The notes under the pieces: generated by a model
Databases searched by the model: none
The model's input: the letters and a program-made list of their open reading frames with translations, nothing else
What the model was told of the DNA's origin: nothing
Translations under genes and position numbers: made by a program
Source: Batkoa obscura
Lineage: Eukaryota
DNA: 64,000 bases
Assembly: GCA_030770535.1 (NCBI GenBank)
Contig: JASVEC010000015.1
Span: 248,001-312,000 of the forward strand
Reading direction: 5' to 3'
In this document: one piece after another, positions 50,065 through 62,226 of the stretch
How positions within the stretch are numbered: the first letter of the stretch is position 1
Layout of the letters: each line of letters starts with the position of its first letter

Positions 50065-51127
50065 ATTACTTCGAATTAAAGTTTGATACCAGGAGCTTTT
50101 AACGAATTAGTAACTATCATTTTTAATAAGAGAACATTAACTTTAAGCTACTTTTGTGTGGAAACACTTTATAAATTAAACATAAAATATATGTTCTATT
50201 TAATTACATCGAATGAACTGATAAATATGAAATACCTTACTTTCTCCCAGATCTTTATTAGATCATAATAATGGAAAGTTTTTACATGGCTTGAATTAGA
50301 TGTTTAAATCGATAAGTATTAGTTACAACATAAAATTGGGGTTGTTTGTACTTATATTTATCAACACAGATTTAGGCCAATGTTTATCTCAAGGTGAACC
50401 CAAAGTTCGTAAATAAGCACATGTAATGTCTAAAGCTGTTATAATTTTCTAAAAAATACTGAGTTAGATAAAATGAAAATCCATAGCATGTTCATTTATA
50501 ATAATTCTATATTTGTGCTCAATAACTGTCTACGAAATAGGAATTTAGGCCATTCAAGCGTCCTTATAGTTGGTAGAGATTTTTTAGAGGATTGTGTGGA
50601 TACAAATTATTTATTAATATCTGTATACAAATATAGTTTGATGGTTGATGTAAATTGAGTAATAGAATTTAACAATAGTGATATATACTTATGCTTACTT
50701 TTCAGAATATCAATATAAAGCTAGATTTTATCGATCTCTGAATAAATTCCAAATATCTCCTAGATCCTAAATCCTAATCTAGACTCCTCTAAATTTACCT
50801 AATCAAATCTCCAACGAAACCTTCAATAATAATTTTAAAACCTTCATAAAGATTTAACATATTGACATTACAGCTATTTAAGTTTAATTATATTCTAATT
50901 AGCAATAATATTTATAACCAATAACTTTCATTGTTATGTTGGCCTACTACCAAATGCTTAACTTATTTTAAAGTTACTATTTAGTTTGCGAATATGGGGA
51001 CTTAAAGCTTTAAGAATAGGATCATTTTCGAGGTTTTAGGCTGAAAAAATTTAATCAAATTGTGAAAAGATTAGCATTGGGAAAAGCCATAAAATTATGA
51101 TGGTGAATTTATTGCTTTTATACAAGT

Positions 51128-51224
51128 GGGGACCTATTTTTATGCTTAAGAATTTTATTAACAATCTTTCCACTCAAATAATGCTTAAAAAATGGAAAGT
51201 AATTGAGCCAAAAAAAACACCCCC
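51128..51224. mobile_element. ~98 bp MITE
   Basis: GGGGACCT...CACCCCC, consensus core. Confidence 0.85.
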
Positions 51225-51459
51225 ATATACTATTTAATAGATTGTTACATTCAATACTAATCCCTATCCTTAGTAAAAAATAAACAAAAAAGCTTAAAAA
51301 ATTATACGAAAATTAAACAATTATTTTTATTATTGCATTATTCAATAAAGCTAAGCCATCCTTTTATAGATACTTATAAAGGTGCATTAAATAAATTTAT
51401 ACATTAAAACCCAAATGGTACTTTGAAGCTATATACTAGAACCCTCTCCTACTCAAAGA

Positions 51460-51975
51460 TTAGAAATTACAGCCTTGGTGGCTCGCTAACAGCATTTTTA
51501 GATTAATAATTTCATTCTTTAGTAAGTCAACTTGCTCTTCCAAACATTTATTTTGAGTTTCAATGGTTTGGTTTTCTTCTTCTTTCTTTATTAACCATTC
51601 TTTCCTCTTCTCCTTACTTTTGCTGCTCTTATTACTTCTGCTACTATTGCTTTTTGTTAGCCTACGCTTTCCAGACCCCTGTGTTGAGCTACTACTAGAT
51701 GAAGTGAATGAGCTGTATGGAGATTCAGTTTTATTCATATATTGAATGGGTGACGAAGATTCCTGAGTATATAAAAAATTGCCAAAGCTTTGGTCAAAGG
51801 GGTTATTTTCAATTGGAATCGTGAATGGATAAACGTTATCATGACAGTACTTGGGCATAAAATGGAAGCCATTTTCAAAATTGTAGATAGTATCAGGCTC
51901 ATCGTAAATTATTTGATTCATGGAATATTCTTTGTGAGTGTTAAATAAGACACCATATATATCTTGTGAAGCCAT
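51460..51975 (-). CDS. bZIP protein with degenerate basic region (member 4)
   Basis: ENNPFDQSFG motif; zipper KRKEWL...LKNEIINLKMLLASHQGC intact; basic region reads SRSNKSSKSKEK. Confidence 0.87.
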   Translation of the reverse strand: MASQDIYGVLFNTHKEYSMNQIIYDEPDTIYNFENGFHFMPKYCHDNVYPFTIPIENNPFDQSFGNFLYTQESSSPIQYMNKTESPYSSFTSSSSSSTQGSGKRRLTKSNSSRSNKSSKSKEKRKEWLIKKEEENQTIETQNKCLEEQVDLLKNEIINLKMLLASHQGCNF

Positions 51976-54900
51976 GTTTTTAAAAATTAGTTAAAATTAA
52001 AGTGGTCTGTTAAGCTCTTTATATACTTTTTTAGTTTGTTATTTTTTATGCACAGCTGATTAGTCAAGGAAAATAAATGATTTCAATGATTAAAATTTAA
52101 TCAAGAGTATTAGCCATTTTTTATACCTTCCCAAAATTTCTATGATTTTTACCCATCCAGATCGATCAAAAGATGCCAGAGAAATTACTATATTTGTAGG
52201 CTTTTAAATTTTATCTCAGCATTTTCAAAATGTTTTAGTTTGAAATACATAATATCATAGCCAAGTAACATAGCTATTGTAAGCAATATAAATAATTATT
52301 ATGCTCTGTTGAGCTAATACTATTTCAGTTATTGACTATAGATTTTTTCTTTGAATATACTTAATACTTGATATATATCAATTTTATTAAAAATTTTAAT
52401 TAACTAAACTTCGAAAAATTCGGAGTTAGGAAATACATGCTTTTAATAAAATCAATTTTATATGCAAAATTTTAAAATTAAACTATTTGTTTAAAGGAAT
52501 TGCGATTGAAAGGTTTATTTTGAAGTCTAAATCTATTAATTTACACAATCTTTAAATAAATAATTAATAAAAAAAAGTCATCGAGATCGAAATTTCTCTT
52601 ATAAAATTTCGATTTAAGGCCCTTTCATTAGCTGTTATATATCATTTTGTTGTTAGTATTATTTTTTCATTATTATAAGCTTCCTAGCGTTTATTTTTGT
52701 CACCAAACCAATTAATTATTATTTCATATACTTTATTCAATAGAAGTAAATCAATCACTTTCCTTGAGTATTATAAATTCATAGTAAATATAATAATACA
52801 ATTTAGCCTCTAAAAGTTGACTGAATCTATTCTTATAAAGTTTGTTTTAATTATTGATGTGCACTAATGATTATAAATTTATATAGATTCATATAAAAAC
52901 AGTTTCACAGTAAATCTAATTTAAACTTTGATCCGATATCTTATTTAAAGGCTAATAGTAACTATGAAATCAAACTTTATATTAATTATTTAACGATCAT
53001 ATATCAGCTTTATATATTAACTATTAAGACAGCTAATATTGAAATAATTTTCATGTTAGCTTTAAACTAACAAAAAATCTCATTGCGCTTTTTAATCAAA
53101 TTTTGTTAATTTCAAGATAATCAAAATTGAGATTCAGTTAATTTTGTTTAAAAATTGTAAGAGTGAATTTTAGCATTGACTATAAACTTATTAGGAAATT
53201 ATTTTGACTTTAATATGTTTAACTTTAAAATTAAATAAGTAAGCAATGTGTAAAATGAAACATATAACTTTATAAACTCAACTTTCAAAGATAGCTAGCT
53301 TTCATGTGCCTTTTCTACAAAGCGATCTTTTAGTAAACTCTAGATAGTGGTTTTGAGAAGTAGAAGTTTTTTTAGCCTAATTTTACCAACATGTACCTTT
53401 TGAAGAATCACAAAACTCCGATAAATATACAATTACAGGTAAGATACTAAATAAGATACCACAAATATTATCTAGTATTTTTGGTTTTTTATCAATTTTT
53501 CGCATGCAATTTTAAACCTTCAAAGTTTTATATATTTCCAAAAGATATGAACGCTTCTTTAAACAAGAAAATCTGATTAAAATAGCAGTTGAAATATTAT
53601 AAACCAAAAATTGCGTTATTTTAAATAGTAATTATAGTCAGCATTCTACCAAAATTAAAGTATTAATTTTATTTTTAACCTCAAATTAATTTCTATTTAA
53701 GGGCTGCTCCGTGAAAGGACTATTAAGGGTGCTTAATTTTTAATTTTACGAGCCCTTCGAAATGGGTTTAAGAAACTTTGAGTAAGGCTTGGTCTCGAAA
53801 TGATATATCTAATTAAATAAATCACATAAGTTACCAACATCGTGTTATTTCATTTAAGCTATAAGTCTATTTATTGTTTATTAAAAATATACAAAAAGTT
53901 GGTTAAGGAAGTTGATCTTTTATCTATGATTTCATAATTATTGTCTAAAAATGGCTTATTTTGACCAATTTGAATTAATTTATAATTAAGCTTTGGAGTT
54001 TCTGAAGAAAATATTATATTTAATTAAAATTTAAATTTGATATATAAGTTAATAGAATAGAATATGAAATAAAAATAAATAGATTTTTGTACATAAATTA
54101 ATAGACAAACATCATCAAACAGTTAAATACTTAATTCATATCATTACTATTATTATAGAAAAAATAATAATAAATACCCCCAAAGTAATGAAATAAAAGT
54201 GCGACTTTATTAAGTGAATTCAGGGATCCTATTTAGGAGGGGTGTTAAAGGACATTGTTAGTAAAAAAGAGGAAAATGTAGAAGGACTAATTTTGAGTTA
54301 ATAAAGTGGGGAGAAATTAATTATAGATACTAATTTTAAACTAGTAAAATAAATTATAAAATTAAAAAAGATACATGTGTTATATGACAAAAACCAGTGA
54401 TCGGTAATTGGGATTCTATAGATTGATTTATTGAGTACTCTTTAAACATAATCAAAATATTTATATTCTGTTTACTAGAATTTAGATATAGGCCCACTAT
54501 TTTATAGTTTCATATAACACCGCTTTACTATATTATGCTTGAAAACATGCATTTCATAGCATAACTTTTTAATGTAAAATTGCTACAAAATTTCTTTGAG
54601 AGGGTATCAAGATCGAGAAAAAAGAAGCAATGTTAAAATCGCAGAGATCGATCTGATTGAATTGTGCTATTACTTGCTCTATTATATTATCATCTAGTGG
54701 CGTCTGTATTTCAGACTCCGACTTAACTAAAATGGCACCACGATGTAACATTACTTTTTATAAAATTAGTCTCCATGGTTTTGCGTTTAAAATAAATAGT
54801 TGGCTAGGATTCCAACTTTTAAAACCAAGATATTAAAATATTAAGGTTACATGATTTCTCTAATTATTTAATCATTTATTTTCTTAACAGCCAATCTTTA

Positions 54901-55722
54901 AAAATAGAACAAAATAATATATTTATCAAACATCATTTAGCTTAAAAATATTTGTTTTAAAAACAAACTTTATTATTTGTACTAATAAACAAAGAAATCA
55001 ATTAATTCTTAAAATCCCTTAAAGTATGTTATACAAAAACAGCTTCATACTTTGAGCATAATAATTACGTTAACCTGCTTTTCACCATTTTCACATATCC
55101 TTTTATTTTTATCACCCTAATTTTCCACATCCTATTTAAGAGGATAAGCTTAACGATTTTGTATTTAAATCCATTTTATACCTGAATTAAAACTCAATCA
55201 TACGCGTGATCATGTGGTAAAAACGAACTTCAGAATTTCATTTGTTAAAAAAAATTCAATTTTGTGCTATAATAAGATGTATATCCTAACTCCGAGGAGC
55301 CCAGAATCTTCTCCAAGGTCCTAAAATGCTATAGTTTATATCAAGATCAACTATTACTGACAGTCTATAAATTTATTCCATTATATTATAATAAGTTATT
55401 ATGTATAATACAAGATATACTATATATTATGTATACATACACACAAATAGATAAATGATGAAGTCGAGTTAATTATGTTATTTTTTAATACTATATAATA
55501 ATCAATCAAATTAATCAAGTAAATAATTGTTTTTACTTTAAAATGTTAACAGAATATATAAAGTACCAAATTAAAACCTAAAGGAGTGTATACTATAAAT
55601 GTTGTATGATATCATAGAGATAACTTTATTCATTAAGCTAATCTGGAATTTATTTGAATAAAAACGAAAAGTATTTAAGGAGCAATATGGAAATTTAGAG
55701 AAACCAATTTGAAACCATTAAA

Positions 55723-56355
55723 ATGACTGAAAACATTTGCTCACTCGTTCCAGAAGAGAGCTATTTATTTTATCCTGATAGCAGCAGCATTGATAGTAGT
55801 ACCATGGGTCTTCACTATATGATAAAGAATGAACCCAATGTAATTAATTTTAATCACCCTATTTACGATGAACCAGAATGTCTGCCAATAAGCACCGAGG
55901 CTTCAGATTCTACCATGTCTCTTTTCTCCGAGATATCTTCTAGGACAAAAGAATACGAAATAAATCCTTTTGAAGCTAGTTTTAAATCAAAAGTAGTGAA
56001 AGGCTCAGAACCGAACCCATTTGAAGAAAGTTTTAAATCCCTTATAAAGCTTCCGAGGAGGATTTCATATAACAAGAAGAGAAATGGAAGTATCACTTCG
56101 CAATCGTCTGTAACATTATTGAATGACGATAACAGTTATGAATCACAACATGAACTTTTAAAAGCAAGGAACCGTAAGTCAGCAGCTAAATGTCGCCAAA
56201 AGAAGAAGGAATGGCTTTTGATGAGGGAAGAAGAAGTAAAGAGAATAGAAAATGAAAACCATATATTGTCAGATAAAATAAGTGAACTTAAAAATGAAAT
56301 TTTAAATATCAAAATGATTTTGGCTTCACATGTGGATTGTAAGCTCAATGAATGA
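55723..56355 (+). CDS. bZIP transcription factor, Atf1/ATF2-like (member 5, inverted)
   Basis: RNRKSAAKCRQKKKEWL; zipper LKNEILNIKMILASHVDC; two NPFE.SF motifs. Confidence 0.93.
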   Translation: MTENICSLVPEESYLFYPDSSSIDSSTMGLHYMIKNEPNVINFNHPIYDEPECLPISTEASDSTMSLFSEISSRTKEYEINPFEASFKSKVVKGSEPNPFEESFKSLIKLPRRISYNKKRNGSITSQSSVTLLNDDNSYESQHELLKARNRKSAAKCRQKKKEWLLMREEEVKRIENENHILSDKISELKNEILNIKMILASHVDCKLNE

Positions 56356-57585
56356 GTGCTAGTTATTTAAATCTCTTTTATCTTTTGGAATTAATAAATG
56401 TATTTACTGTTTAAAATTTATTATAATCTTTAGTTATTACTTTTTTTTCATTATATTGTTAAATTAATACTAACCTCATTTTTTAAAATCAGTTAATAAG
56501 ATGATTGGCTGACTTTAAAGTAATTTAAATCCATGCTTGCTAATTATGAAATCATTGTTTTTTTAGAAAAATAAACTTGTACCACTTTATCAATTGCTTA
56601 GCTAATACTGGTGGTTAATAAATTTTGATCCTAGTTATGGGACAAATAACTAAATACCTAAAACTGATTTGTATAAAGTTAAAGTGTTACTAAAAGAATG
56701 AACATAATAAATCAATAAGCTTAAAAAGACTATTGAAAGGAATATTTGGAAACAAAACTTAAATTACATTGATAGTTTCCCATAAATTAGTACAATTTAA
56801 TGGAATTTAAAATTGAGCTTAGAACTACAAATTATGCAAAACACGAAATGCTTTACATAATCACAAATTTTTATAATGATACTCTTTTATATCGAGTAAA
56901 AAAACAAGTAAAGTAGGATAAGTATATTTGATTTAAAGATCAAAAAAATCACTTGCAGTCATTTCAATAAACTGATTAACAGTTTTAACTGATATATCTT
57001 TTTAAACAGACAAAGCGTTTTGAAGCAAATATCGAATTTTCTTAATATCTTAAAATTTCACCTGAAGATAAATGAATAGTTCTAGATCACTATTTATATC
57101 TTAAGATGACAAAATTTTAATACTAGTCATATAAAAAATATCATAGCAAATTCAAATTTTCCCATGTGTTAAAAATCATTTTGTAGGCTATATGTTTTAT
57201 ACTAAGAACTGTGACTTGGTATTTTATTGCTTTTTATAGCAATATTATAACTCATACATACGATATTATATATGTTAAGCTATAATGGTTGTCGATGTAA
57301 TGTCTAAATTTTATCAACCTTTTACCCATGAATTTTCAAAAACAATTTGGGTTTTTATTCTTTTTTAATTACAATAAAAGGAATGATTAAAATTCCAAAA
57401 GTGAATGTTAAAAAAGTGCGGACAATAAAAATAGAGTATCGGATTGATAGCCTTTTATATAAATAAAGTTCAGTAATGCTACCCTCTCGGTGTGCACTTA
57501 ATTTGGCAAATTACAGCAAGTTGGATGTCTTTGTCAAATAAAACTATAAAACTTTTATAAAATTAAATTTAAAGCAAATTCTTTT

Positions 57586-57710
57586 TTCGGAGGGCTCCAA
57601 ATTTGGTAAATCATTCCATGGTTCAATTTATTATGTAATAAAATTCATACAATTTCAAAAAAGAAAATTTAGGACCTTATGTTCTTCGGAGGGCTCCAAA
57701 TTTGGTAAAT
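57586..57710. repeat. Perfect 26 bp direct repeat, 99 bp period
   Basis: TTCGGAGGGCTCCAAATTTGGTAAAT at 57586-57611 and 57685-57710. Confidence 0.85.
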
Positions 57711-59603
57711 TAAAGTATGACCGCTTTCTTTTTGGAATATGTATTACTAAATACATATAATTAATAAATTATATTAAAATTTAAAGATAATTATTTCATG
57801 CCTCTTTCTATTATGTATCCCCTTATTCTATATTTTATGTAATTATCAACTATTAACAAATAATTGATAGATGTATGATGATATTATAATAATATGACGC
57901 AAACTATTTATCAAACCTTATTAATATAATTTATTATTTAAAAAAAGACCCCTCTTTTTAGTTAAATGCGCTCTGATACTGAATTTATAATCAACTATAT
58001 TTTTAGCGCAGAAAATTTACACTATTTTAGAGCTTACTCCTCACATGTGTTGTTAAAATTAAATTTATAAGAATAATCATAATATTAACTTTTAATTAAT
58101 TTTGTCATTGGAGAGAGCATATTTTAAGAATGATAGGGATCATTGTATTCAGCTTTTGGGCCTATAAAAAATCAGTTTTTATCAAGACAAATTTTATAGT
58201 GAGAAGCGTCACAAATCATCAAAATAGCAAGACTTCGGAATTGTATAGATTTATTACGTATCATTTATTTCCTATCGATCTATTTAAAATCGATATGAAT
58301 TGTGTTTAATAATCAAATAAATACGTGATATTTTAGTTTCTAAATTAAAAATTAAATTCAAACAGCAAATAAAGTTATTTATAGATCTTTTTCATAAAGA
58401 TATGACTTTTTTTCTATTGGATAATAATTTGTATACAATATTTTAAGGATTTCGACTTTTTAGAAAATTTCTATGAGAGTGAGCAAAAAGTTCAAAAGCA
58501 AAAGCAAAAAAAAGAAACAAAAAAAGAAACAAAAAATCATTATTCAAGTTTTTTTATATGAATATAACTCATGCATCTTATCAATATACATTCCGAGCCT
58601 TAAATTAAGTGAGTACTTATCTTTGAGAATATAAAAAGGAATTACCCTATTAATTACTGTAAAATAGACTAAAGGTATAATAAAGCAGTTAGTACTATAG
58701 TATAGAAATCTTTTTACATAAATATAATCTTAGGCTATAGTTAATACACATAAAACTTTAAACTTATTACATTGGTATAGCGTTTTGTTACAGACTAAAA
58801 AAAATCAATTTTCAAATTAACAGATTCCATACAATATAACCACTATCTATTAATTTGAAACCCTGCCTCTTAAAACGAGCTTTAATATAGAGTGGTAATT
58901 ATTTTGCCTTTAAAATGAGATTCTGTGGAGAGGTTTTAGAATGATTTCATTATAGACCAACAAAGCGAGATGATAATTCAACTGGTTGTATATATCCAAT
59001 AAGGAAGTAATCACATCCCTAGTCTATTAAAATGAGATCTAACTTATTAAATTATAAATTGTTAATAAAATCTCACATTTATTTAGATTTTAATATATGG
59101 AATTTTTGCATTATTACAAAAATTATTGTTATATTAGAAAATATAGTATGATATTATTAGTTTTTTAATAGTTTTGATTTTCACTATAATATTACCTTTT
59201 CATTAATGTTAAAAGTTTCAAAAAATATATAAAATCTATAAAAGATTTGAAATTAACTAATAAATTTAATATAAAAATCAATAAGTTTTATTTCAATGAA
59301 GGATCATAATTTAATAGGCATATTGTTATTTTTTAGAGAGTTCAATTATCGTTTTGATATAGATTTAATATATATTTTAATTCCTATTCTTGCTCAATGC
59401 TGTAAAAGAATAAACAAATTTAAATTTAAATTTAAATAATAATCATTTTGATTATAAAATTATATCGGGTTCGGTTATATTACCTTTGAAAGGAATCTCA
59501 CATCTACATAAATCAAAGTATTGTTGCACTCTATTATAATATTTAGCACAACTCTAGGTATTAACAACTTACAATTATATCTTTATAATATTATTTATTA
59601 TAT

Positions 59604-59700
59604 GGGGATATATTTTTGTGTTTAACAATTCTACTAATAATTTTCTCGCTCAGATGTGCTTAAAAGATGGAAAAAATAATGAAGCCAAAAAAACATCCCC
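59604..59700. mobile_element. ~98 bp MITE
   Basis: GGGGATAT...ACATCCCC, TSD ATAT/ATAT. Confidence 0.9.
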
Positions 59701-59928
59701 ATATGTTCATTTGAACTATGACCTAAATTTTTTACTTTCATTTTCAATAAGTTAAAATAATACTCAATTAAATTAATATATGACAATTTGCATTATATGA
59801 TAATTGTTTGGAATTTCTCTGAAACACTCCTAATTGTTATATTGTGAAAGATATATACGACTTGCTTTTTTCATCAACAAATTTTATATGTGAATTTTTA
59901 AAACAATTAAAATCTTCACTATTAGCTG

Positions 59929-60328
59929 TGTGAAATATCGCTTTGTCAGTCCCATGGTTAATTATTTTGATTTGTTATGAGAATTTCTAGTTCCACCCAA
60001 AAGAATATTATCTTCTCATTTTGATACTTATACTTTTCAGAGTATAAAAGAGTTTACAGAGTATAATAGTTCGAGGCTTTTTAACTGAATTAATCCCTGA
60101 TATCTCCAACATTTAATAAAGCCACTAAGTTTTCTTAATAGTATTTTACATAGATTTTACATTAGTATTGTCTATTCTATTTGTCTTATATAGCTTGTAA
60201 CCTATTACGTGCTATTCCTCATAATCCAAGTCTATCTTAGTCACATAAACTAAGACCTTTCGACTTATAGTGTAGTCAACCCAGCAATAGCTGTTCTTGA
60301 CTCCAAACCCTGAGTACCAGATTTCACA
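59929..60328 (+). mobile_element. Solo-LTR-like element, 400 bp (short variant), no TSD
   Basis: Nearly identical to 35066..35465; flanks GCTG/TTAT do not match. Confidence 0.88.
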
Positions 60329-60497
60329 TTATTTGAATAAAAAGTTTTGTTAAAATTTTTAGATAAAAACAAACCCTTTGTATATTATTAAAATTTGATT
60401 ATTAGGTTTTAATAATATATATCATTTTAGTTAATTTACAACATTTTGAACTATGATTATCATTAAAAAATTATGCTGAAATTTTAATTTAATAAAT

Positions 60498-60596
60498 GAG
60501 GATGTTTTTTTTGACTCCATTACTTTTTCCATCTTTTAAGTGCTATTTGAGTGGAAAAGTTGTTAGTAAAATTCTTATGTACAAAAATACATTCCT
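60498..60596. mobile_element. ~98 bp MITE
   Basis: GAGGATGT...ACATTCCT, TSD AAAT/AAAT. Confidence 0.87.
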
Positions 60597-60725
60597 AAAT
60601 AATAACTATATTTTGTAAAAATCTTTTATAACTATATTTTAAAAATAAATTATTTTTAACATTAACTAATTATTGTTTTAATTTTTTCTAAATTATTTAA
60701 ATTAGACCTTTGCAATTAAAGATAT

Positions 60726-60823
60726 GGGGATGTTTTTTTAGCTTCAACATTTTTCCCATCTTTTAAGTGCTATTTGAGTGGAAAAATTGTTGGTAAAATT
60801 CTTGAATACAAAAATACATTCCC
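60726..60823. mobile_element. ~98 bp MITE
   Basis: GGGGATGT...ACATTCCC, flanks ATAT/ATGT. Confidence 0.88.
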
Positions 60824-61165
60824 ATGTCTGGCTTTTATAGAAATTCTATATTTTTGGTTTTTTTACTCCTTTAAATAAAAACAAAATTTTATAAAAATAT
60901 AAAATTTGTGTTTTGGCTTGGGTAAAATCAAAAGTATAATTTTCTGATTTACTTTTTTTTGTCTATTTCCTATATAGCGTAAAATTTGAAATATCAAAAC
61001 TAGATAAAAACACTACAATATAGATTATTTTAAAGAAGCAAAAACCAAAAATCAAAAATTTTATAGTACTTAGTAGTTAGTTCACGATTTTTATTAAACT
61101 CGAAATAGAAAAAACAAACTAAATTCTCAAAAAATTAATATACAATAAACTTTATTAACGGTACA

Positions 61166-61247
61166 GTCAATTTGGCCGAGCGGTCTAAGGCGTTGCACTT
61201 AAGATGCAATCTCGAGAGAGGCGTGGGTTCGAACCCCACAGTTGACA
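61166..61247 (+). tRNA. tRNA-Leu(TAA)
   Basis: GTCAATT TGGCCGAGCGGTCTAAGGC TTGCA-CT-TAA-GA-TGCAA; long variable arm; GGTTCGAACCC; 82 nt. Confidence 0.95.
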
Positions 61248-61854
61248 TTTTATGATTGATTTTATTTACCTATAAAATAGATTATATGAGGATTCTTTTA
61301 TTTCATCACTTTTTTCATCTTTTAATTGCTGTTTGAGTAGAAAAATTATTAAATGGTTATTTAAAATTATAAATATAAAAGAGATTTTCATTAGTTATGT
61401 TAGAAGTTCGAATGTTCCTATTGTACACAAATTGATAACTACTTATTAAATAATAATAGTACCAGTTTATTAACTTTTAATTTTATCAATTTTCAGTGAA
61501 TTAACTGAAAATTTACAGTAATTCTTGATAATTCAATAGATAAGCTGCAAATCGAATACTAGTCACTTTCAAAAGTAACGATATAGTAGATTAGTATTTC
61601 ACTTTATCTCAAATGAAGTATCATATTCCTTACATTATCATTTGAATAGGTACTAATGTTTATAAAAAAGGTTGAAAAGTTTATTCTCATCAGAGAACAA
61701 GTTTTACTCATGATTGAATAGTAGCCACCCAAATAATTATGCAGCATAATAAAATTGAGGATAAATTCAGACTCAAGCATTTCATACCTAACTTAAAGTT
61801 TCGATTTATTGTCCAATAAGATAAACCTCATAATTTTATAGTAAAAAAGTATAT

Positions 61855-61951
61855 GGGGATGTTTTTTTGTCTTTATTACTTTTTCCATTTTTAAGCACTA
61901 TTTAAGTGGAAAGATTATTAGCAAAATTCTTAAACGAAAAAATACATCCCC
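61855..61951. mobile_element. ~98 bp MITE
   Basis: GGGGATGT...ACATCCCC, TSD ATAT/ATAT. Confidence 0.9.
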
Positions 61952-62226
61952 ATATACAATATTAAGTAGTTTTTAAACATCTGTGGCTTTTAAATATTTT
62001 ATTTTATTTTGTTTGTTATACACGTTATAGGCTAAGGGATACAATTTATTAGTCTTAAAAGTAAAAGAACAAAGGACCCCACAAGCCTTATTTGTATTAT
62101 AGCACCACACCAATTATAGTATGCAAAGAATTATTAATAATTACTCCTAAAAAAATATTAACTATAAATACCACATAATTCATTTGATTCTTTTTATTTT
62201 TTCTAAATTATTTAAATTGATTTTAA

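Noticed and set aside
13165..54751. Isolated 60-111 aa ORFs (13165, 15951, 42091, 45484, 45985, 50083, 50473, 54569)
   Set aside because: No motifs, AT-driven composition and several non-ATG starts; not supportable without expression data
9477..56348. Short antisense ORFs (9477, 14067, 22679, 25006, 38889, 44564, 51563, 55863, 56136)
   Set aside because: Shadow frames opposite well-supported genes or the transposase
57586..57710. CRISPR-like repeat-spacer-repeat
   Set aside because: Only two repeats, a 73 bp spacer, eukaryotic context and no cas genes
35066..60328. One giant LTR element carrying the bZIP array as cargo
   Set aside because: The left LTR has its own CTAC TSD, the outer flanks do not match, and there is no PBS, PPT or gag/pol
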